The translations under genes were made by a program, and so were the position numbers. From assembly GCF_009914755.1 (NCBI RefSeq), contig NC_060942.1: a DNA stretch of 64,000 bases. One strand, given 5' to 3'. Source of the stretch: the human T2T-CHM13v2.0 reference genome, Homo sapiens. This document shows positions 1 to 16,545 of this stretch, piece after piece. Every line of letters begins with the position of its first letter. The first letter of the stretch is position 1. The notes under the pieces were generated by a model. It worked only from the letters and a program-made list of their open reading frames with translations, was not told where the DNA came from and did no database searches.

Positions 1-246
1 AAGGCGGGCAGATCATTTGTGGCCAGGAGTTTGAGACCTGCCTGGCCAACATGGTGAGACCCCCGTCTCTACTAAAAGTACAAAAATTACCCAGACGTGG
101 TGGTGTGCACCTGTAATCCCAGTTACTCGGGAGGCTGAAGCAGGAGAATTGCTTGAACCTGGGAAGCGGAGGTTGCAGTCAGCCAAGATTGCACCACTGC
201 ACTACAGCCTGGGCAACAGAGTGAGACTCCTTCTCAAAAAAAAAAA
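1..246 (+). mobile_element. Alu (cut by the window edge)
   Basis: Alu consensus body and A tail. Confidence 0.93.
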
Positions 247-1394
247 TGCCTAGCTGACTTTATCATAGATCTGTCTGTACCTTGTAGGCACAAATATATT
301 TACAAAATAATTAATGGTGATTTACTTATTCACAATAAGCAGTTATTTTGCTTTTGGTGTATATGTGACAAGGTGGTTATGTGGAGTACATAAAGGAGTA
401 AAGTAAGTCCGTTGACTTCAAGATGCTTACAGTCTAATAGAAACCTTGAAATTTCCACTGGGCAAGGTTTTCTTGGGATTGCTCCAACCAAATGAATGAG
501 CAGGCGTCTAAGTAAATGAAAATCACTCTCATCACTTTCCTTCACATTATGTTAACTGGTGACAGGTCATGACGCATGGGAATTGCTTATGTTTCTGAGC
601 TTTAGTCTTGTAAAAATAAGTTTAGATAGTCCATCATGTTCTTCACATTAGACACTCATTACATAAAAGGTTTTATATGTATTGTAGATCTTTCTGAAGG
701 TCATCTATGTGAATGTTTAAAAAAGAAGCAAGAAGGTGCTATAAAAAGCACTAGAGGTCAAATGGTTTGCGAGACAAAATGAAACTCTCCAGCTCTGAAA
801 TCCAACAGAGTATGATGAAGAAAGGGAAAAAATAGATCAAAAAATGGCAGGGGAGGAACTCGGCATCAAACCAGTGATAAAGCAGAATGTGGATCAGATC
901 CAGACATCCAGTAGTCTGTGAGCATCTCCATATGGGATGTTTGGGTTGAGAGTTCAACCCATCAAATACATTTTATCCATAACCATAAGATATTCTAAGA
1001 TCGACCAAGTAGAGTAAGCAATGTAGAATCAAAGGTATCATCTTTATTATGTCCTATTTGTGTTTCCTGCTTTTGAGGTTCTTAGTCCTTTTAATTAACT
1101 CCTAATGAACTAATATAGTTTTGTGGTCACCAGCTTCTAGCTAGTACAGGCACAGTTGTGGGTTGGTAGGAGAATGAGCAGTAAAGCCATGAGCTAACAC
1201 ACCAAGTAATCTGTTGTGTTCACAAATGTCCAAAAGAATAACAGAGATTAAAGAAAGGTAAATACAGCCACCTGGCAAAAATATTTACCCTTTTAAAAAT
1301 GATGGAAGTTATATATAGAAGAAATGTTTTTGGTAAAAATATTTGAAAGTTTGTTTTATAATCATAAGTAGCTTGGGCTATTTTGACTAGAGGG

Positions 1395-1427
1395 GTGTGT
1401 GTGTGTATGTGTGTGTGTGTGTGTGTG
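1395..1427. repeat. (GT)n microsatellite
   Basis: Direct reading. Confidence 0.9.
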
Positions 1428-2012
1428 GTTGGCAGGGAGAGAAGGAGGGAGGCAGGCAGCTGGTAGGGACTGTGGAGTGTGTCAGTTGGGAGAGGGAAAT
1501 GAGATGATTAAGTTAGTAAGAATAGAAAACATGTAGGAAGGCGGATCTTGAAATTTCAGGGCTATTCATTAGTCATTAGTTGAAGATTTCACAGAGAAAT
1601 GGTAGAAACCACCAGTAATTAAGAAATAGCATTATTGTTTAAAAAAAAAAAAACTCCCAAACCCTTTCCCTGGCATTCTGGTAGAATATAGTTTTGGTCT
1701 AACCCAGGTCCCCTCTCATTTCCTTTCACATCCCCTTGGTTCTAGCCACGCTAGACTGTCTGGGTTGTCTGTATATGTTCTGATGTTTGTTTTCCTCTGT
1801 GCTGTTCTTCTGGCCTCAGAATCCTAGTGTCCTTGTGCCTCCTTCTGCATATGTCTGGACTTTGCTTAGCTGATGAGATCCAGTTCAGATACCACCTTCT
1901 GTACAATGGCTTCCTTAATTCCTTTAATTTCTCTTAATTGCAATAAAGCTATTTGCAGAGGAATGAAAGATGCTCCCCTTTGCGCTGGGTACAGGATGCA
2001 CTGAAACTTTCA

Positions 2013-2387
<375 letters not shown>

Positions 2388-3757
2388 TCAAGTTTTCCAG
2401 TCAAATGTAACCAGTTTATGGATCTGTGTTTGCACGGGGTCTGAACCTCCCCTCCTCAGGTATAAGCTCTTGGAGGACAGCCTGCTGCTTAAGGTACAGG
2501 AGAATTCATCTTTGCTGGACATGGTAACGTATGCATAGAGATCTGGCAACAGAACTTAAGATATGTGGGAGAAATAATAGGCAAAAACTGGAAAGAGCAC
2601 AAGTAAGAGAAGAGAAATCCGCAGAAGTGAGAAGTAACAGAATTGCTGGCTGAGGTTGGAGGCATTTAAGTGTGTGGGTGTTTGTGGGAGGCATGGTGGT
2701 CTCCTGTTCCTTGACCTCATTGGGCAAATATTACAGCACGAACATACAGGTAGGAATCAATTGCATCCCCACCTGGGCACCTTCATCGGCAGTTGGGGTA
2801 CACCACTTGCTACAGTGTGATGGAATAAGGGACAATCCAAAGGCACTCAGTTCTCCCACCCATCCTGTGCACAAGGAAAAGACCTTTGAATTGTGTCTCC
2901 CCTGTTGTCCTTTGCATTGTGAAAGTGCATATTAGTTCTCCCATCCACTCTTTTCTCTTTAAGCTTTAGCATACGGTTGTTTGCCAAGAATGGAATCAGA
3001 TAGAATATTTTCACCAGGAAGTGAAATTTAAAGTGCTTGAAAAAGATACAAGGATATCTGGAAGTTCCAACCGGCGCCATTTTATATTTTAACCATGACA
3101 AGTAGCTGTATATCATGGAACTTTGGAAAACAGAGATTGTTCCATTTATTTTTCACAGATGAAAACCAAAGTGCTGTGTGGGGATCAGGAAGAGGGAAAT
3201 CAACCAAATGCCTTATTTTAGAGATTTTTTTTTTTTTTCTGGGAAATTGGAAACAGCGCTTGTTTATAGCCAATGCAGCGTCCTTGAAACTCTCCTACTT
3301 ACAGTTCTGGAGCTGTAGTTTCCTCCCTGAAGAATGGGTTAAGGCAGGCAGGGTAATATGCATAGATGGGAGTGAGAGTGGATGGCCTACAGGGTTGTTA
3401 ACCTCTAGTGCAACAGGAATATATGAAGGTACTTGGGCTGGTGGTCCTGTGCAGAACCAGCCAGTAGGTTCTAAGAGACTTGATAGCCGAGGGTCCCTGG
3501 GCCCTGTTCCACCTTTTTAAAATTTCTATGACTTAGTAGCGGCAGTACCATGCCCATCCCCCAGTGATGTTTGGGGTACAGCTGCACCCTTGGCCGTGCC
3601 TCTGCACTCACTCACGAGTGTCATCTGACATCTGGCTCTTGACCAGGATCTGAGGTTGCTTAAGCAGGATCCAGGTCAGGTTTTTTGTTCATGGAAGGTG
3701 GAATTTTGGACCTTTCCCCCAAAAAGTTGACATAACTTAAAGAGAAGGGAGGTATAT

Positions 3758-3972
3758 TGAGACCAGCCTGGCCAACATGGTGAAACCCTGCCTCTACTAA
3801 AAATACAAAAATAGCTGGCATGGTGGTGAGTACCTGTGTAGTCCCACCTGCTCAGGAGGCTGAGGCAGAGAATCAGGGGGCGGAGGTTGCAGTGAGCCAA
3901 GGTCATGCCACTGCACTCCAGCCTGAGTGACAGAGTGAGACTCTGTCTCAACAACAACAACAACAACAACAA
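3758..3972 (+). mobile_element. 5'-truncated Alu with (CAA)n tail
   Basis: Starts at gagaccagcctggccaacatgg; right arm and tail present. Confidence 0.9.
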
Positions 3973-5067
3973 AGAGCAGAGTGGTATTATTTCCTCACTG
4001 GAACATTAAATGGTTCCTACTACCAAAGAGTTCCTGTTCTAATGGGGGTTTAATATAATAGTAACATTTTATTCACTGGGATTCACTCGGGGGAAAGTAT
4101 TCAGGAACAAAGTGACAAAATTAAATATAGGACATATGAACATTGTCATTTTGGTTCTAGTTCTTACAAGGGCTTATGGTAGCAACCCAAATAGAAGTAT
4201 TTGCTCTAACTAACAGATAAATTATTAGCACTTCAGTTGTTTACATATGAGTCAGAGCATCTAAAATTTGTTCCCATAAGTAGGTTGAGCCTCCTTCTCA
4301 GCCTGTTGTCATAGGGTCTAAAAATGGAAACGTGAGTCCAAACTCTTTCCAGATCATAAAAATAATTCTGAATTAGTAGAGCATAAATGAATGTGATTTT
4401 ATTCGAGTGTCATTTTCAAGTTCCCCAGGCCAGGTTGAGACCTTTTAAGTCATCTGAAATTCCCTGTAGGGAGGATTAAGAAAATAGTAGCAGCTTTGCT
4501 TCTGGCCTTAGACAGTTTTCTAATGAGGTCAGAGCCTCTCACCCTGGGAGAAGCAGATTCACTTTGCCCCTTCAGCATTGGTTTTTGAGAATTGCTGTCT
4601 GAAGCTATTGCATAGACAAGGTCACTTTTTAAAAGGGTACATTTCTGAACCTGGAGAAGGAGTGGGTTCTGAATGACTGGCTCTTCTGATTAACAGAGCT
4701 GTATATCAAGCTGTGCTGAAAATACTCCTCAGATATATTAGGCCACATTTATGCATGAGTGAGCTCACTGTCGTGACATGGGAGTGAACCTTTGCTGATT
4801 CGAGATCCTGGGGTGCCTTCACTTTGGAACACTGATTCTAGATATTTAATAGCAGTTTTAAAATTAGGCTAAATGTAGTCTGACTGCAGGATTCATTCCA
4901 GTGGGAATTTTTTTGTTTGTTGGTTAGTTTTTTAAGCCTGAATATGAACCCAAACATGTTTCCCAAAATGTGAAATGAAGAGTGAAAACCTAACAATGGG
5001 ATAAGAAAGATAATAGATAAGAGATTATAGTTCAAACTCGGCCTGCACTCAGGAAATGGAAGCAATT

Positions 5068-6172
5068 CCTCCCCCTCATCCTGCCCCCCTCCTCCTCCCC
5101 CCCTCCTCCTCCTCCACCTCCTCCTCCTCCCTTTCCTCCTCCTCCACTACTTCCTCCTCCCCCACTACTTCCTCCTCCTCCCCCTCCTCCCCCTCCTCCT
5201 CCACCTCCTCCTCGTCCTCCACCTCCATCTCCTCTCCATCCTCCTCCTCCACCTCCACCTCCTCCTCCCTCTCCTCCTCCCTCTCCTCCTCCTCCCCCTC
5301 CTCCTCGTCCTCTACCTCCTCCTCCTCCACCACCTCCATCTGCTCCTCCTCCTCCCCCTCCACCTCCCCCTCCCCCTCCTCCTCCCTCTCCTCCTCCCCC
5401 TCCACCTCCACCTCTTCCTCCCCGCCTCCTCCCCCACCCCCTCCTTCTCAACCTCCGCCTCCCCTTCCTCCTCATCATCCTCCACCTCCACCTCCCCCTG
5501 TTCCTCCTCCTCCTCCTCCACCTCCACCCCCTCCTCCTCATCCTCCACCCCCTCCTCCTCCTCCACCTCCACCTCCACCTCCTCATCCTGCACCTCCACG
5601 TCCTCCTCCCCCTCCACCTCCTCCTCCACCTGCACCTCCTCAACCTCCTCCTCCCCCTCCACCTCCCCCTCCTCCCCCTCCTCCTTAACCTCCGCCTCCA
5701 CCTCCTCCTCCTCATCCTCCACTTCCACCTCCTCCTCCCCCTGGTCCTTCCCCTCCTCCTCCTCCACCTCCTCCTCCTCATCCTCCACCCCCTCCTCCTC
5801 ATCCTCCACCCCCTCCTCCTCCACTTCTGCCTCCACCTCCTCCTCCTCATCCTGCACTTCCGCCTCCTCCTCCCCCTCCCCCTCCTCCACCTCCACCTCC
5901 TCCTCCTCATCCTCCACCTGCTCCTCCTCATCCTCCACCTCCACCTCCACCTCCTCCTCCTCCACCTCCTCCTTCTCCACCTCCACATCCTCCTCATCCT
6001 CCACCTCCACCTCCTCTTCCACCTCCTCCTCCCCCTCCTCCTCCCCCCCTCCCCCTCCTCCTCCTCTCCCTCCTCCTGCCCCCTCCTCCTCCTCCTCCAC
6101 CTCCTACTGCCCCCCTCCTCTTCCACCTCCTCCTCCTCCACCTCCCCCTCCTTTACCTCCTCCTTCTCTTTC
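5068..6172. repeat. About 1.1-kb degenerate (CCT)n/(CCA)n homopyrimidine-rich low-complexity tract
   Basis: Almost only C/T with scattered A and rare G; recurring cctccacctcctcctcctcat-like units. Confidence 0.97.
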
Positions 6173-6616
6173 TGCACACCCCACCCCCGCCCCCACTAGG
6201 GACAGTTTACTCTTCCCCCTCCTTTCTTAGAATGCCAACAACTAGCCTGTTAGTTCCATTACTTACTTGCCTTGTGACTCATAACGTTTTCATCTTGGGT
6301 ATTTTTCTTTCTTGGTCTTTGTAAAAATTCTAAGCATCATAGAGCATATCACCTGGAGAAAAGACCTACGTTCATTATTTAATGAAGGTAAAAAGTAAAG
6401 AATTGAGTCTGCATCCTAAGAAATTAGAAAAAGATCAACTAAGTAAACAAAAAAATATAAAAACTAGGAGGGAGGAATTAGGAGATGATAAGATTTAAAA
6501 GTTATGTAAATCCAATAGCTGGTTATTTGAAATGACCAATAAAGTAAACTCTCATTATCCTAACTCAGGAACAGAAAGAAATCATCCTAACTTAGAACTA
6601 GATAATAGGAATGAGA

Positions 6617-6927
<311 letters not shown>

Positions 6928-7172
6928 TAGATAATAGGAATGAGAAAGGAGACACAGGAGATATCAATAGACTTTATAAGAAAACATTACATGCAGCCCT
7001 GTGGCAACACATTTGAAAATATAGGGCTGACTTCTTAGGAAAATACAAATTACCAAAGTTGATCCAAGAAGCATGGAAAAGTTGAATAGACCAATTACTA
7101 TAGAAGAGATAGGAAAGATGATTAAAAGTTACCATTGAGAAAGGCACCAGGAATCCATGGATTTCCAGCTGA

Positions 7173-7398
<226 letters not shown>

Positions 7399-8850
7399 GA
7401 AAAAATAGAAAATTTGAGTGTTATTTTTACTCTTCCAGGACATACTAAAACATGGAAAGGTTCCCAGTTCATTTTATAAAACCATCAAAATTTTAATTTA
7501 AAAATCTGATGAATTAAAAAAATAAAAATAAAGATCAATATTATTTATGAAAGTAAATGTAGAAATTTAAAATAATTTATTAACAAATAGACTCTTGGGT
7601 GCATCAAAACACGAATGCACTATAATCAATAGTTATTTTCCAGTAACACCAGGGTGATTAACTGTTAGAAACTCATCACTATCATCAGTTGTTACACAAT
7701 CATATTGAAGGAGAGGAATATATGAATAAGTCAGTAGAGGCTAGAAACCTATCTGAAAAAGTTTAGTAGCCATTCCTAATATAGTACAATCTGAGAAAGC
7801 GAACTAGGAATAAAAATAAATTACTTAAACATAAAGGCCATATATGTGTACACAAACACACACACACCACAGCAAATATTTCCTAAAAGACAAAACACTA
7901 AAGCCATTCAATTAAAATTAGGAATGAGAGAAGAATCTTACATTTTACAATTAGTATTTAATATTATCTTAGAGGTTCTTGTGAGTGGAGTAAGACAATG
8001 AAATGGTCATATGTCTAGAAATCGCAAGAGCATCTAGTAAAAAATCTAAAATCAACAGAAACAATTGTCAAGGAAGCTGGATAAAAGATAGGTCTCTAGA
8101 AATTATCTTTTCTGTGTTTTGAAGATAAGCACCTAGAAATGGAAGTTAAGTATTTCTTTCACAATAGCAGCAGATAACCTAGGAAGACATTGAACTAATA
8201 CCTGTAACCTTCTTAGTGAAGAATGTGAAATATAATCTAGAGAAATTAAAACATGTAATGCCTGAATGTATCTTATTACAAAATTAATAAGTAAATTTCT
8301 TGTGATTCCGGTTAGAATTTCCAAAGTGGTGGGTTTTCTCTTTAATTGAATAAAATAATCCTGAAGTCTTTATAGAAGAATAAATACGTACTACCTGAGA
8401 GGAGCCAAGACAAATATGGAAAAGAAAACCGGTGAGGGCAGATTTGGCTTACAAGTAATGACAACATGCTAAGAATAAGAAGTCTTCGTGATCAAAGCAA
8501 TGTGGTATTGATCCAGAATTACATAAATAGTTCAGTGGAACAGACTAGAGAATCTAGGACTGTGTCTCATTAAGAGAGTGAATGTATAACAAGATGATAG
8601 TTCAGTACTGTTGAGGTTGGTACTGGCATAACCAGTTCTTTATCTGGAGAGGGGGTTGGGGGAACAGCACAGACCTCTATCTAATATCATAATCAGTAAT
8701 AAGTCCCGGAATCTTCAAACACTTAAATGTAAACAAGCAATTCAACTTTTACAAGAAAATATAAGAACCTATTTTGTATAATCTTGGAGTGAGGGAGAAT
8801 GGTTAAGCAAAATTTGATACGCACAAGCTATAAAAAGAGACACACTTTGA

Positions 8851-9505
<655 letters not shown>

Positions 9506-11329
9506 AATATATATTTTTAAACTTTTCTGTGGCAAAAGATACGTGATTAAGTCATAGATCAAGAAGGGATATTTGAAACAGACATGGGGTTACTATCTAT
9601 AACAAAAAACTTACAAATTGTTAAGAAAACCACAGAGGAAAAATGGACAAAGAATGTTAATATAGAATACACAGATAACAAATGCAGACAGCTAGCTGGC
9701 AAACCTATGAAAAATAGTTCATTTTTGCTAGGGAAATGCAGATTAAACAATGAGACGTTACTTTAAACCCATCAGATTGGTAAAAATAGAGAAAAATAAC
9801 ACTTTTTGATAGCAAGGCTGTAATAGAAGTGGCAAGTGGTATTATTTCTCATAATACTGATGGAAATGTGAATTATGGGCAGTTGGGAAATTGAAAAGCA
9901 GATGGGCAATGTATATTAAAATAAAAAACTATCATACCTTTCTTCTAAGCAACCTTTGTCCTCGGTTATTTGTCTTTTAGAAATAAAAAATGTGTGCAAA
10001 GTCATATGTATAAGGATATTTATTGTACCATTATAGTGGCAAAATACTGAAAATATGAAAACCCATCAGTTGAAAAACGGCCAATTTATGGACTGTTTGT
10101 ACCATGTAATATTATGAGAGAACTAGAGCTGTATGAGAGTTGGCTGTGGAGGAATTTCTATGAGAACTTGATGAATGAGAAGCAATGTGTAGAAAAATGT
10201 ATAATATCCAGTTCTAAAAGACGCATTCCTCCTGTGCCCATATGTGTAAATGTGTGAGTGTGGAGAACAAGATGAAAATGCTCATTCTGTATGTTAAGCA
10301 GGGAGTGGGGTGGAGGTTAATGTGGAATGGTGGGAGAGTGGGGTGGCAGGGATTTCCAAGTCACTCACCAGTGATGAGTGTTAACCACATCCCCATTTTT
10401 TTCCTATGAAGGAAGCTGCAATGCTGTGGTTTGAGGTTAAACATGCTGGCTCCTTCTCTTAGGTCTTGATTTGGTTTTTGTTGTTGTTGTTTTTTTTTTA
10501 ATTCTAGTCTGTTCTTGTTTTGCTGTGCTGATATCCTCTTAGATTTTACGAGCATATTAATTGTGAGTATTTAACATTCTTCTTTGGTTTATTCTGAGAC
10601 CCCGTTTGCCTGCCCTTTGGCATCATTGGCAGTTTTTGGTGGTCTACTGGTCTTCCTGTTTGTGCCTCTCGTTTGCCCCTTTTTCACTGGAATGTGCCAG
10701 GTTGAAGCAATATGTAGGGCCCGGTGGGATGGGCCAGGAGGTGGCCTTTCAGATGTGGCTCCTGCATGGCCCTGCTTGCTCTCTTGAGCTGCCTGCACTT
10801 CAGTCTTAGGACCACATTCCTGCTTTGGCCTACATGAAGTGCAAGGTAGCAGTGGGAAAAGCAGAGAGGAAATGAAGCTTCCTGATAAATCACCTGATCG
10901 CTGCCCCAGGGTTAGTCACTCTAGCCCCCTTGGATCTCTTGACTCCATCTCTTGATTTGTTTCTTTTGAATTTCTGGCATCTGGAGAATACTTGTACAGC
11001 AGCAGTCCCCTGGTTTTGTTTTTCTTTCAACCCAAGCCCATCCCATATCTGTTCATGTGATGATACTGTGTCTTATTTTCCCAAGATTCTTATGACTGTG
11101 ATATTTAGTCTGAATCAGAGAAAGAGAGAGATAGAAATGTACACTCAGAGGGCCACTTGGATGGAAACTTCTGTTGATCTCTCCAAGCCTTAGTGGGATC
11201 ATCTGTAGAGCAGGGATAATAACAGCGCCTATCTGTTACTGTTAGGGTTACTGCAAAGATTAAAATAGGTGGTGCTCTTAAAAGACTTAGAACAGTGCTG
11301 TCATATAGTAAGGATTCCATAAACATTAG

Positions 11330-11854
<525 letters not shown>

Positions 11855-12949
11855 TGATATATCTATGTGTGAGGGTTTCTGTAGTTAAGTTCCCATAGTT
11901 GAATTCCTGGTTCAAAGGACAAGAACATTTACAATGTTCATAGACGTTGGGAAATTGCCTTCTGTAGTACTGCACTAGTTTCCACTGGCTGTAGTGGTTG
12001 ATGAGAGTACCAGTTTTTCCCTAGTTCAATATTAACCCATTTTATCAGTCTTTTCATCTTCGACATTATGGAAGGTAAAAACATCTCATTTTATGTCTTC
12101 AGTCAGTGATGCCAAGTATCTCTTCGTGTATTTATATTTCCATTTTTATCCAGTGCCAACTCACATCCTTCTGTCAATTTTTCCTTTGACCTATTAATTT
12201 TTCATTGATAAGAATTCTTTGTAAAATGGGCAGTTTAACTCCCCATCTGTCATATGTTTTTTCTCATTTGATTTATTGTATATCTTGTATAGCACCTTTT
12301 AATTTTAACATTGTGTTTTTAAGTGTCTTTTCTTTGTTGACTTGGAAAGCTAACAACTACTTACAGCATAATTTCCTTCTGTTAAAAACAAGAAGGAATT
12401 TCCCCACTCTAATTGTGAAAATTATACATTTTTCTAAGTCTGAAAAAAAATAGAGGAAAAAACAGAAAAAACAACAGAAAGAACATCAGTCACTCTTAAT
12501 ATTTTGGCATTTTCCTTTTAGTTGTTTTTTAGGAGAGAATGTATATTTATACTTCGCATCATAACATAGATATAGTCTATTTTGGTGATTTATTCCAATA
12601 TGTAATATATGTTTCTGAATGTACAATATCCTATTTATCATATCTGTTAAGTTTGTTTCCAGTTTTTCATTTAAGAGAGAAAGGTACTGGGAATATCTTT
12701 GTGCAAAACAAGAATTTTTTTTTTTTTTTAGTCAGATTCTGTTCCTATGATACCTCCCTGGAAATGGGATTCCTAAATTAAAGAATATTAGGATTTAAAT
12801 ACTTTTGGTATAGATTACCAATTTGCTTTCCTAACGTGTGGTACTAGTTTATGTTGCAATCAGCACAAAGACTCACTGTGCCATTTATCATCAGCAGAGA
12901 AGAGAGCAGCCCTGAAGATTTGGGGGAGGAGTGTTCGTAGAGAGGCACG

Positions 12950-13580
12950 TGAAAGTGAGTTTGAGAGGTTTGAGAAGTAGCCAGGTCAGTGGGGCTGGGG
13001 AAGGGAGAGAGTTCATGGGGGAGGGCTGGAGATGAAGGTAAAGGAGCCATGGTTCTTTAGGGCTGTGTGGGTGCTGGGGAATTTGCATTTCCTGCTTAAG
13101 GTTGTAGTAAGTCAGCCTGGAGAGTTGCAAGAAAGGAGTGGCTTGGTGTGATTTATTGTAGCAAGTGAGAGTGACCCAGAGGCCAGTTAGGAGGCTGTTG
13201 CAGAGGCCTGAGTGAGAGAGGATGGTTTAAACACCAAAATGGTAACATTCAGAATGGAGAGGAGGAGATGGTGGGAGATTAAATTTGGGGATGGAGCCCT
13301 TAGGATCTGTTGATTGACTGGATGTGTAAGAGAGAAAGGGAAGAGCAGAACTGAGGAAATGTCCTCTTGAACTGGCTGGGGGCCACTGAGATGGGACAGA
13401 TGCGCTGGGGAGCAGTGCAGAGGTGGAATCACTGCTCCTTTTAGGTCTAAGGCATCCCTTAGATCTCCAAGTGGATGTGTGAAGATGGTGGTAGAGGAGA
13501 ATGGAGCTCAAAAGAGGGGCCAGAGTCATTTCCATTTAGATGGTCTTTACAGCCTAAGGAACTGGCAGATTTCACTAAGG
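12950..13580. mobile_element. Degraded L2 fragment
   Basis: Purine-rich L2-like phrases (ggccagttaggaggctgttgcag, gattgactggatgtg, atctccaagtggatgtgt). Confidence 0.55.
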
Positions 13581-14199
13581 TTGAGGTCTTTCTTTCCTGT
13601 GAAAATGTGATCAGGATCCTAAGTAACAGCCCTAAAAATTAAACATTAGGAATACAAGGTTTCATAAATTAGGAACTGTCTGTAGCTGCCAGATTCTAAA
13701 TGTTTTGAGGATACAAATCTTGGGGTCTTTTCAAATGCTTTGAGCAGAAGAGGTACATCGTATTGTGTTTACTGAATGGCATTTAAAGATGCAGGAGACC
13801 TTTCCCCCTTCTTGATGAAACAATTTGCCTTTCAGATGTTTTGTTATAGTGAGTTGATTGTAGGACCTTATGAAGCATGTAAACCACACATTTGTAAGGC
13901 ATTGGAAGAAAAAGCTAACGCGAGTTAGGAGGGATTTAAGACCATGTGAGGAAATTCAAGCCTATGTTGTTATCACCAAACCTTGCCTGTGTTATGTAAA
14001 GATTTTTGCCTGTGTCATGTTATCTTCGTTGTGTTCAATTTATTCCTCCCCCTCCAAGTGTCCTAGTTTCTCCTCTACTGTAGCTGGTTTTGAACAAAAT
14101 AGAGAAACTTGGGTCTCCTCTACCCTCAGCATCTGAATTCTTCTCATTTGGTTACTCACTGTGTTAAAATAAGTGATATAGTACATTCTTAGCAGTTTG

Positions 14200-14390
14200 T
14201 TTATTTTTAATTTTATTTTTTATGGGGCTAGGGTCTCGCTCTGTCACCCACGAGTGTGGTGCCATGGTGTGATTGCAGCTCACTGCAGCATTATAACTCT
14301 TGGGCTCAAGTGATCCTCCTGTCTTAGCCCCACGAGTAGCTGGTATTACAGGTCCATGCCACCATACCCAGCTAATCTTAGCAATTTTTA
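14200..14390 (-). mobile_element. Alu monomer / AluJ right arm
   Basis: ggtctcgctctgtcaccc...ctcaagtgatcctcct. Confidence 0.8.
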
Positions 14391-15404
14391 AATAACTTTT
14401 TTTTCCGACTGTAACAGATTTAGATATTGGAAAAGATAAAACATAAAGCATTGATCTACCTGTAGAGCCAAATAGCCACAGGGATATAAATTGGTTACCA
14501 TTTAATTTTATTTCCATCTATATTTGGCTATATTTATATTTATGTATATGGAAATAGTTTATGAATTTGGAATCATACTATGATATTTTTTAGAATGATG
14601 CTTTTTAAACTATTTTATGGTAAGCATTTTAGTAAAGCTCGTAATGTTATTTTTAAAAACGTACTTTTCGAAGGCTGCAGAGTATGGATAAATTCATGAT
14701 GACTTTTTAGAGGAAAATATCAAGATGATCTCACTAACAAATCCTGAGATTAAAAACAAAAGCAAACAAAATACAAAAACTGAACCATCTTTGGAATACT
14801 ATGAAATTCAGATTTTATGTTCTTAATAAAATCCTGTTTTGAATGAAATCAGTCTTCATGCTTTTCTTATTCCTTTTGGCTATGTTGCCTACAGTTGAAT
14901 TAACTGTTTTTATATACTTCCTTTGCTTTGCATTGAAACAAGCTGATCCATTGTGACCCTTTGTGGTATTTCATAAAACCACACCCTAAAAACTGCCCAG
15001 TCTTTTAAGTGTAGTCAACAGTATTGAGCAATTTTTTGGGTAATATTGTCGGAAGTGTTAGGTGCCAACCAACAATGGCTTATTGCTTACATTTAAGTGT
15101 AAGCAATATACAATTAAAGGAATGTCATGACTTTTTAACTTCATTTTGAAATTTGAGTTTAGAAAAAATTCCAAGGGAAATGAGCAAGAATGAAAGCATC
15201 CTCTCCTACTGCCAGACTTCTGGGAGACCCACCCCTGGTCTTCCCAGGTGTCTCTTCAGTGACCTTGTTGGTCGTTGAGGGCTGTGGAAAGTTCTAGGGA
15301 GGCTGCTCGTCCCTCCTCTCCTTTTGCTTATTGCATTCTGCCCAGATTATAAAACTGAAGTATCTGTCTTAAGACGCCAGCAGCTTTTTCTTCATCAAAT
15401 CCAG

Positions 15405-15482
15405 ACACATCGAATCCCCCACAACCAAGAATTACCCAGCCACAAAATGTCAGTAGTGCCCCGGTAAAAGAAAGCTGGTTTT
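15405..15482. mobile_element. MER20-like DNA transposon end
   Basis: cccccacaaccaagaattacccagccacaaaatgtcagtagtgcc resembles the MER20 terminus. Confidence 0.55.
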
Positions 15483-16167
15483 AGACTTAGTCTCAGAACC
15501 TGGCCATCTTCCATGGATTATCCCGATATGTGCATCCTTGTCTCTTTTCACTATAGCCTGGTGATCATGGTGGCAGTTTTCATTTTGGGACACTGGTGAG
15601 GTTAGAATAGCTTCAGGCTTCCCTCAGTGAATAGTATTGTGAAGGCAGTGGTGGTAACATTGTGTTGGAGCTGGTGTGAGGGTTGAATCCACTCTGTAGC
15701 CTCTGTCCCTAGATCATGGCGCTGCTTTGATTGGGCCCTAATTTTCTCCTCTAGACAAAAGGAATTGAACTAAGACTTCCAGCATTCCCTCCAGGCTTAA
15801 CATTTTTTCATTTGGTGCTGATGGTCACTGACTATTTTCCAGTTACATTTTAATGCAAGTTTGGCAGAAGCCGATTTCTCTGGGTTAGGGAAAATGACAT
15901 AGGTGGCAGGGAGGTGGATGTACACCATTTGTTTGATCAGTTTGCCTAGAATGGAGGTGGCAGAATTGGAGTTGGAAAGATCAAATGTAGCCTTTTTTTC
16001 CCTTCCAGAATGAGGCTTTTCTATGCATTTTTTTGAGGCATGAGAACCTCATGGGACAAGGCAAAAGTGAGCATACTCAAGTGAAGTGTATGGTTATGGG
16101 GGAATGGTTATTAGAAATGTCAATTGTCTCAATTTTTTAGTATTAATTTTCAGAGGGAAACAGTGGT

Positions 16168-16545
16168 GTAATTAGTGTTGTGATTGTTTGCCAGGGCGGT
16201 CGTAACAAAGTAGCACAGACTGGGTGGCTCAACTACCACAAATTTGTTTTCTCAGGGCTCTGGATGTCCGGAGCCTGCGATGAAGCAGGATTGGCTTCTT
16301 CTGCGGCCTCTCTTCTTGACTTGCAGATGCTCCTCTGGGTCTTCCCAGGTCATTTGTGTACCTGTGTCCGTGTCCTAATCTCCTGTTCGTATAAGGGCAC
16401 AGTCATATTGGATTGGGACCCACCTACTAACCTCATTTTAACTTAATTACCTCTTTAAATACCCTCTCTCTAAATACAGTCACCATCTGAAGTATTAAAG
16501 ACTTCAACTTAGGAATTTTGGGCAAATACAATTAAGCCCATCACA
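16168..16545 (-). mobile_element. MLT1-family MaLR LTR
   Basis: taacaaagtagcacagactgggtggct...cagtcatattggattgggacccacc...acctcattttaacttaattacctc. Confidence 0.75.

Noticed and set aside
5032-6177. Long ORFs (381, 262, 210 and 111 aa) rich in Arg, Glu, Pro, Ser or Gly
   Set aside because: Artefacts of a stop-poor CCT/GGA repeat; open in several frames at once with no splice or promoter context.
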